Shown here piece by piece: positions 57,454 through 64,000 of a stretch of 64,000 nucleotides of DNA. Made by a program: the position numbers and the translations under genes. Numbering within the stretch: position 1 is the stretch's first letter; each line of letters begins with the position of its first letter. This stretch comes from an uncultured Acidobacteriota bacterium. Lineage in GTDB: Bacteria > Acidobacteriota > Thermoanaerobaculia > UBA5066. The DNA lies in NCBI GenBank assembly GCA_963801475.1, contig CAWDEX010000002.1:115873-179872 (forward strand). The letters are read 5' to 3'. A model generated the notes under the pieces. It did no database searches. It was not told the origin of the DNA and saw only the letters and a program-made list of their open reading frames with translations.

Positions 57454-57858
57454 CTAGATGACCCAGGAGAGCGCGTTGCGCTCGGCGCGCACGGCCCCCG
57501 CGATCTCTTCGATGGTGATGGAGGCCAGCACGCTTCGATACGCCTCGTCGGCCCGCCCCTCGAGGCGACGGATCCAGCGCGGAGCCTCCCGCGAGGTCAT
57601 TTCCGGCTGGCCTCGCGAAAGGACCGAGACGACGTCGAGGATCGACGCCTTCGCCGCGGCCGGCGTCACCCGGTATCCACCGCGACGGCCGCGCCCGGCG
57701 GAGACCCAGCCCACTCTCACCAGGGGGAGAAGAAGCTGATGGACCGAGTCCCGCGAGAGCGACAGCGCGGCAGCGAGCTCCGACGACGAGGCGTCGCCCG
57801 CGCGGTGCTCGAGTTCGACGAGCGCTTCGATGGCTTTCTTCTGGCGGCGGCTTAAAAT
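57454..57858 (-). CDS. Rrf2-family transcriptional regulator (IscR/CymR-like). No canonical start codon for the full-length N-terminus (possible ATT start or base error)
   Basis: Listed ORF 57454..57720 is only the C-terminal part. The in-frame upstream sequence encodes xLSRRQKKAIEALVELEHRAGD..., the Rrf2 wHTH N-terminus. It is bounded by TGA (rc of about 57874-57876), with ATT-TTA immediately before LSRR. Confidence 0.65.
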   Translation of the reverse strand: MLSRRQKKAIEALVELEHRAGDASSSELAAALSLSRDSVHQLLLPLVRVGWVSAGRGRRGGYRVTPAAAKASILDVVSVLSRGQPEMTSREAPRWIRRLEGRADEAYRSVLASITIEEIAGAVRAERNALSWVI

Positions 57859-57896
57859 AGTTGAAATCTCCCGTCAAATATTTCAAGATTAGTCTA

Positions 57897-59258
<1,362 letters not shown>

Positions 59259-59261
59259 CGG

Positions 59262-60176
59262 TCATTTGCGCGTGAGCGGCAGCTCGGAAACGAGGATTCC
59301 GCCGAGCACGAGCGCGCCGCCCCAGAGCTCGCGCCCGGCGAGCCGCTCGCCGAGAATCGGTGCCGCGAGGAGCGCCGCGAAGACCGGCTCGAGGGCGTAG
59401 ATGACGGCCGCGTGCGTGGCCGACATCCGCGCCTGCGCCCACGTCATCAGGAGGAACGTGACGACGGTGGCGGCGAGTGCCATCCAGAGAAGAAGCCCGA
59501 CGAACTTCGGGTCGACCGTGAGCGGACGCGCTTCCGCGCGGAACACGGCCTCGGACCGCCCGAGGAACGGCTGCACGGCGAGGCGGAGAAGGAGGGTCGT
59601 CGCCGCCGCGCAGGCGATCTGGCCCGCCGCGAAGCGCCTCACGTCATGCCGGCCGCTGGCCTCGGAGAGGCGGACGACGACATACGCGTAGGCGAAGGCG
59701 GTCACGAGAACGAGGAGATCGCCGCTGTTGACGGCTGCGAAGTCTCCGGGCCAGGCCATGACGGCAAATCCCGCCGTGGCGATCGCCAGCCCCGCGAGGT
59801 TCTCCGACGACGGCCGCTTCCGGGTGACGAGGTAGGCGACGGGCGCCGTGAGCGGCACGGAGAGCCCCGTGATGAAGGCCGCCTTCGAGGCCGTCGTGTA
59901 GACCTGCCCGGCCAGCTGGAAGGCGATGCCGACGGCCGTCAGCCCGCCGATTGCGAGACTGTCGGCCCAGAGGCCCGGCGTCCGGGGCCGACCGCGCGCA
60001 AGAAGGAAGAGAATCACGCCCGCGAGCGAGAAGCGGAGCAGGAGGAACAGGAGCGGCGGCACGTCGCCTGTGACGACGAGCCGGTTGGCGACGAAGGTGG
60101 AGCCCCAGATCACCGTGACGCCGGCCAGGACGGCATCGGCGGCGAGCGCTTCGCGGCGCCGGGAAGTCGGCGGCAT
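59262..60176 (-). CDS. DMT-superfamily (EamA-type) transporter
   Basis: 10 TM helices. Two EamA repeats. Confidence 0.8.
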   Translation of the reverse strand: MPPTSRRREALAADAVLAGVTVIWGSTFVANRLVVTGDVPPLLFLLLRFSLAGVILFLLARGRPRTPGLWADSLAIGGLTAVGIAFQLAGQVYTTASKAAFITGLSVPLTAPVAYLVTRKRPSSENLAGLAIATAGFAVMAWPGDFAAVNSGDLLVLVTAFAYAYVVVRLSEASGRHDVRRFAAGQIACAAATTLLLRLAVQPFLGRSEAVFRAEARPLTVDPKFVGLLLWMALAATVVTFLLMTWAQARMSATHAAVIYALEPVFAALLAAPILGERLAGRELWGGALVLGGILVSELPLTRK

Positions 60177-60217
60177 GGGGCGGCGATGATACGGGGATGC
60201 CGTAACATCCCGCCGCC

Positions 60218-61639
60218 ATGACGGCTCCCCGTGTCCGGTTCGCTCCGTCCCCGACCGGGTCGCTTCACGTGGGCGGGGCGCGGACGGCGCTCTACAACTG
60301 GCTCTTCGCGCGGCGGCACGGCGGGACCTTCATCCTCCGGATCGAGGACACCGACGTCGAGCGGAGCCGGAAGGAGCTGACACAGCAGATCCAGGACGCG
60401 ATGAGCTGGCTCGGGCTCACGTGGGACGAGGGTCCGTTCTTCCAGAGCGAACGTCAGCACCTTTACCACGAGGCGGCCGGCCGGCTCCTGGCCGAAGGGA
60501 AGGCCTACCGGGCCTTCGAGACGCCCGAGCAGCTCGAGGCGGAGAAGAAGGCTGCCGAGGCGGCGGGCACGGCGTTCCGGTACTCGGGCGCCGGCCGGAC
60601 AACCTCCCGGGAAGAGTCCGACCGCCGCGCCGCCGACGGCGAGAGATTCGTCCTCCGGCTGAAGATGCCCGACGAGCCGATCGTCGTGGACGACGTCGTC
60701 CAGGGGCGGGCCGAGTTCGCGGCCGGCGCCCTCGACGACTTCGTCCTCCTCCGCTCGGACGGCCACCCCCTCTACCATTTCAGCGTCGTCGTAGACGACG
60801 TGTCCATGGGAATCACGCACGTCGTCCGCGGCGTCGACCACCTCCCGAACACGCCGAAGCACGTCGCCCTCTTCCGCGCCCTCGGCGCACCCGTCCCCGT
60901 CTTCGCCCACCTCGGAATGATCCTGGGCGCCGACGGGAAGAAGCTCTCCAAGCGCCATGGCGCGGCCGGCGTGGAGGAGTTCCGGGAGCAGGGCCTCCTC
61001 CCGGAGGCGCTCTTCAATTTCCTCGCCCTCCTCGGCTGGTCCCCCGGCGAGGACCGGGAGAAGATGACGATCGAGGAGATGACTGGCGTCTTTTCGCTCG
61101 AGCGGATCGGCCCTTCTCCTTCCCGCTTCGATCACGAGAAGCTCCTCTGGCTGAACGGCCAGTACATGCAGGCGCTCTCGGCGGAAGACCTTCTCGGGCG
61201 GCTCGCCCCGTTCGGGCTCCCGGCCTGCGACCCGAGGATCCTCGCCCGGGCCGTGGCGCTGCACCGGTCGCGTGCCCGGACGCTCCGGGAGCTGTCCGGT
61301 GCGCTCGCCCTCTACGGAGCCGATCCCGTGGCGTTCGATCCGGCCGGTCTGAAGAAGTTCGGCAAGCCCGAGAGCGCGCCGCTCCTCCGGACCCTGGCCG
61401 GCCGGCTCTCGGCCGTCGAGCCGTTCACGCACGCGACGCTTGAGGAGGCCGCCCGCCTCCTCGCGGCCGAACGAGGTCTCAAACTGGGCGACCTGGCGCA
61501 GCCGGCGCGCCTCGCCCTCACGGGCTCTCTCGCGTCGCCTCCTCTGTTCGAGCTGATCGAAGTCCTCGGCGAGGAGACGACCCGGCGGAGGCTCCTCGCC
61601 TTCGCCGACCGGATGGCGAGCCCCTCTCCGACCGCCTGA
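60218..61639 (+). CDS. gltX: Glutamate--tRNA ligase
   Basis: Motifs [19 protein letters not shown] (HIGH-like) and KLSKR (KMSKS). Confidence 0.9.
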   Translation: MTAPRVRFAPSPTGSLHVGGARTALYNWLFARRHGGTFILRIEDTDVERSRKELTQQIQDAMSWLGLTWDEGPFFQSERQHLYHEAAGRLLAEGKAYRAFETPEQLEAEKKAAEAAGTAFRYSGAGRTTSREESDRRAADGERFVLRLKMPDEPIVVDDVVQGRAEFAAGALDDFVLLRSDGHPLYHFSVVVDDVSMGITHVVRGVDHLPNTPKHVALFRALGAPVPVFAHLGMILGADGKKLSKRHGAAGVEEFREQGLLPEALFNFLALLGWSPGEDREKMTIEEMTGVFSLERIGPSPSRFDHEKLLWLNGQYMQALSAEDLLGRLAPFGLPACDPRILARAVALHRSRARTLRELSGALALYGADPVAFDPAGLKKFGKPESAPLLRTLAGRLSAVEPFTHATLEEAARLLAAERGLKLGDLAQPARLALTGSLASPPLFELIEVLGEETTRRRLLAFADRMASPSPTA

Positions 61640-61647
61640 GGAGACCC

Positions 61648-63365
<1,718 letters not shown>

Positions 63366-63369
<4 letters not shown>

Positions 63370-63758
63370 GCGGGCGCGCCCGGGTCGTTCTCTGGGCGCC
63401 GGTCGCCCTGCTCCTCGCATTCGAGGCGTACCTCTCGTCGCAGTCCCGGCTCCCGGAATTCGGCGTGTCGGTTCCGGATCTCGACAAGATCGAGCACGCC
63501 GGCTATTTCTTCCTGACGGGACTTCTCGCGGTCCGCGCCGCCCGATTCGGCGAGCGTTGGAGCCGGACGAGGACGGCGGTCTTTCTCGTCCTCCCCGCGT
63601 TCCTCTGGGGCTGCCTCGACGAGATCCACCAGTCCCGGGTCCCGATGCGGAGCGTCGAAATCGCCGACGTCATCGCCGACACCACGGGGGTCGCCCTCGC
63701 GGTGATCTTCGGCGAAGGAATCCTCCGAAGGACGGGATTGGACCGAACCGTCGCTTGA
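63366..63758 (+). CDS. VanZ-family membrane protein
   Basis: 130 aa, 4 TM helices. VanZ motif (IEHAGYFFL ... DEIHQ). Its start overlaps the glnS stop (ATGA). Confidence 0.65.
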
Positions 63759-63841
63759 GGTACTCCCCGGGCTGCGGAGGGGAAGACGGGGGTGGGACCC
63801 CGTCGTCGGGAACCCGAGCGCGGGTTCCCCGAGGAAATGAG

Positions 63842-63906
63842 TAGCCGCCACTTGCTCACGCGGGCCGAAGGCGCGCTGGCCGGGCTCCGCCCGGCCGAGC
63901 AAGTGG
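63842..63906. terminator. Long inverted repeat (11-bp stem gccacttgctc/gagcaagtggc) between VanZ and the tRNA (bidirectional terminator candidate)
   Basis: gccacttgctcacgcgggccgaagg...ccgagcaagtggc. Confidence 0.4.
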
Positions 63907-63978
63907 CTGGGGGGCAGGGATTCGAACCCCGATAGCCAGATCCAGAGTCTGGAGTCCTACCGTTGGACGACCCCCCAG
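63905..63978 (-). tRNA. tRNA-Gln (anticodon CTG)
   Basis: The rc folds as a cloverleaf. Acceptor stem tgggggg/cccccca with discriminator G and CCA. D-arm gtcc...ggac. Anticodon loop ctCTGga. T-arm GGTTCGAATCC. Confidence 0.8.
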
Positions 63979-64000
63979 CGAGTCGGCGCCCCCACCGAGA

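Noticed and set aside
57861-57896. TTG start at 57861 for htrA
   Set aside because: The ATG at 57897 precedes a canonical signal/TM segment (RLSSRTLGAGLVAVFLLL). Using the TTG would overlap the Rrf2 start region and its palindrome.

Overview
This is a 64 kb, very high-GC (about 70%) bacterial chromosomal segment that is densely coding on both strands. About 60 protein genes, one tRNA-Gln and no CRISPR or mobile elements can be supported. Many long six-frame ORFs in the track are GC artefacts; the real genes sit inside them and were delimited by motif content.

Housekeeping backbone:
- ettA, dps, rlmN, pgeF, queD and a separate queE-queC pair.
- The conserved uppS-cdsA-dxr-rseP-ispG envelope/isoprenoid cluster.
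- rpe, nfo, clpB-hsp20, cysK with an upstream Rrf2 regulator, htrA, gltX-glnS, tatA, and bamD.

Most unusual content:
- (1) A 9 kb locus at about 4.6-13.3 kb containing two peptidoglycan hydrolases that each carry a class A beta-lactamase-like domain. One is an AmpD-type amidase fusion; the other is an SH3b-NlpC/P60 fusion. Each sits next to a paralogous PAS-GGDEF protein, one intact and one with a degenerate GGDEF motif. The two modules flank a Tat-signal dipeptide epimerase and a spermidine-synthase-like membrane protein. This looks like a c-di-GMP-linked murein remodelling or recycling system.
- (2) A sigma54 module at the window start. A truncated histidine kinase and an NtrC-type regulator sit next to a strong -24/-12 promoter with two tandem palindromic upstream sites. 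The promoter drives a small protein with 18-aa Ala/Lys-rich tandem repeats, encoded by 54-bp DNA repeats.
- (3) A 625-aa radical SAM enzyme with an N-terminal Cys4 ribbon and a C-terminal Cys cluster. Its architecture is reminiscent of tetraether-lipid synthases (Tes/GDGT-MAS).
- (4) An apparent frameshift at a C7 run that splits a B12-radical-SAM/DUF2344 pair.
- (5) Several candidate operators and promoters upstream of dps, clpB and the Rrf2/cysK-htrA region, plus a structured repeat-bearing region between tatA and fis.

Coordinates derived inside long ORFs are accurate to a few nucleotides only.
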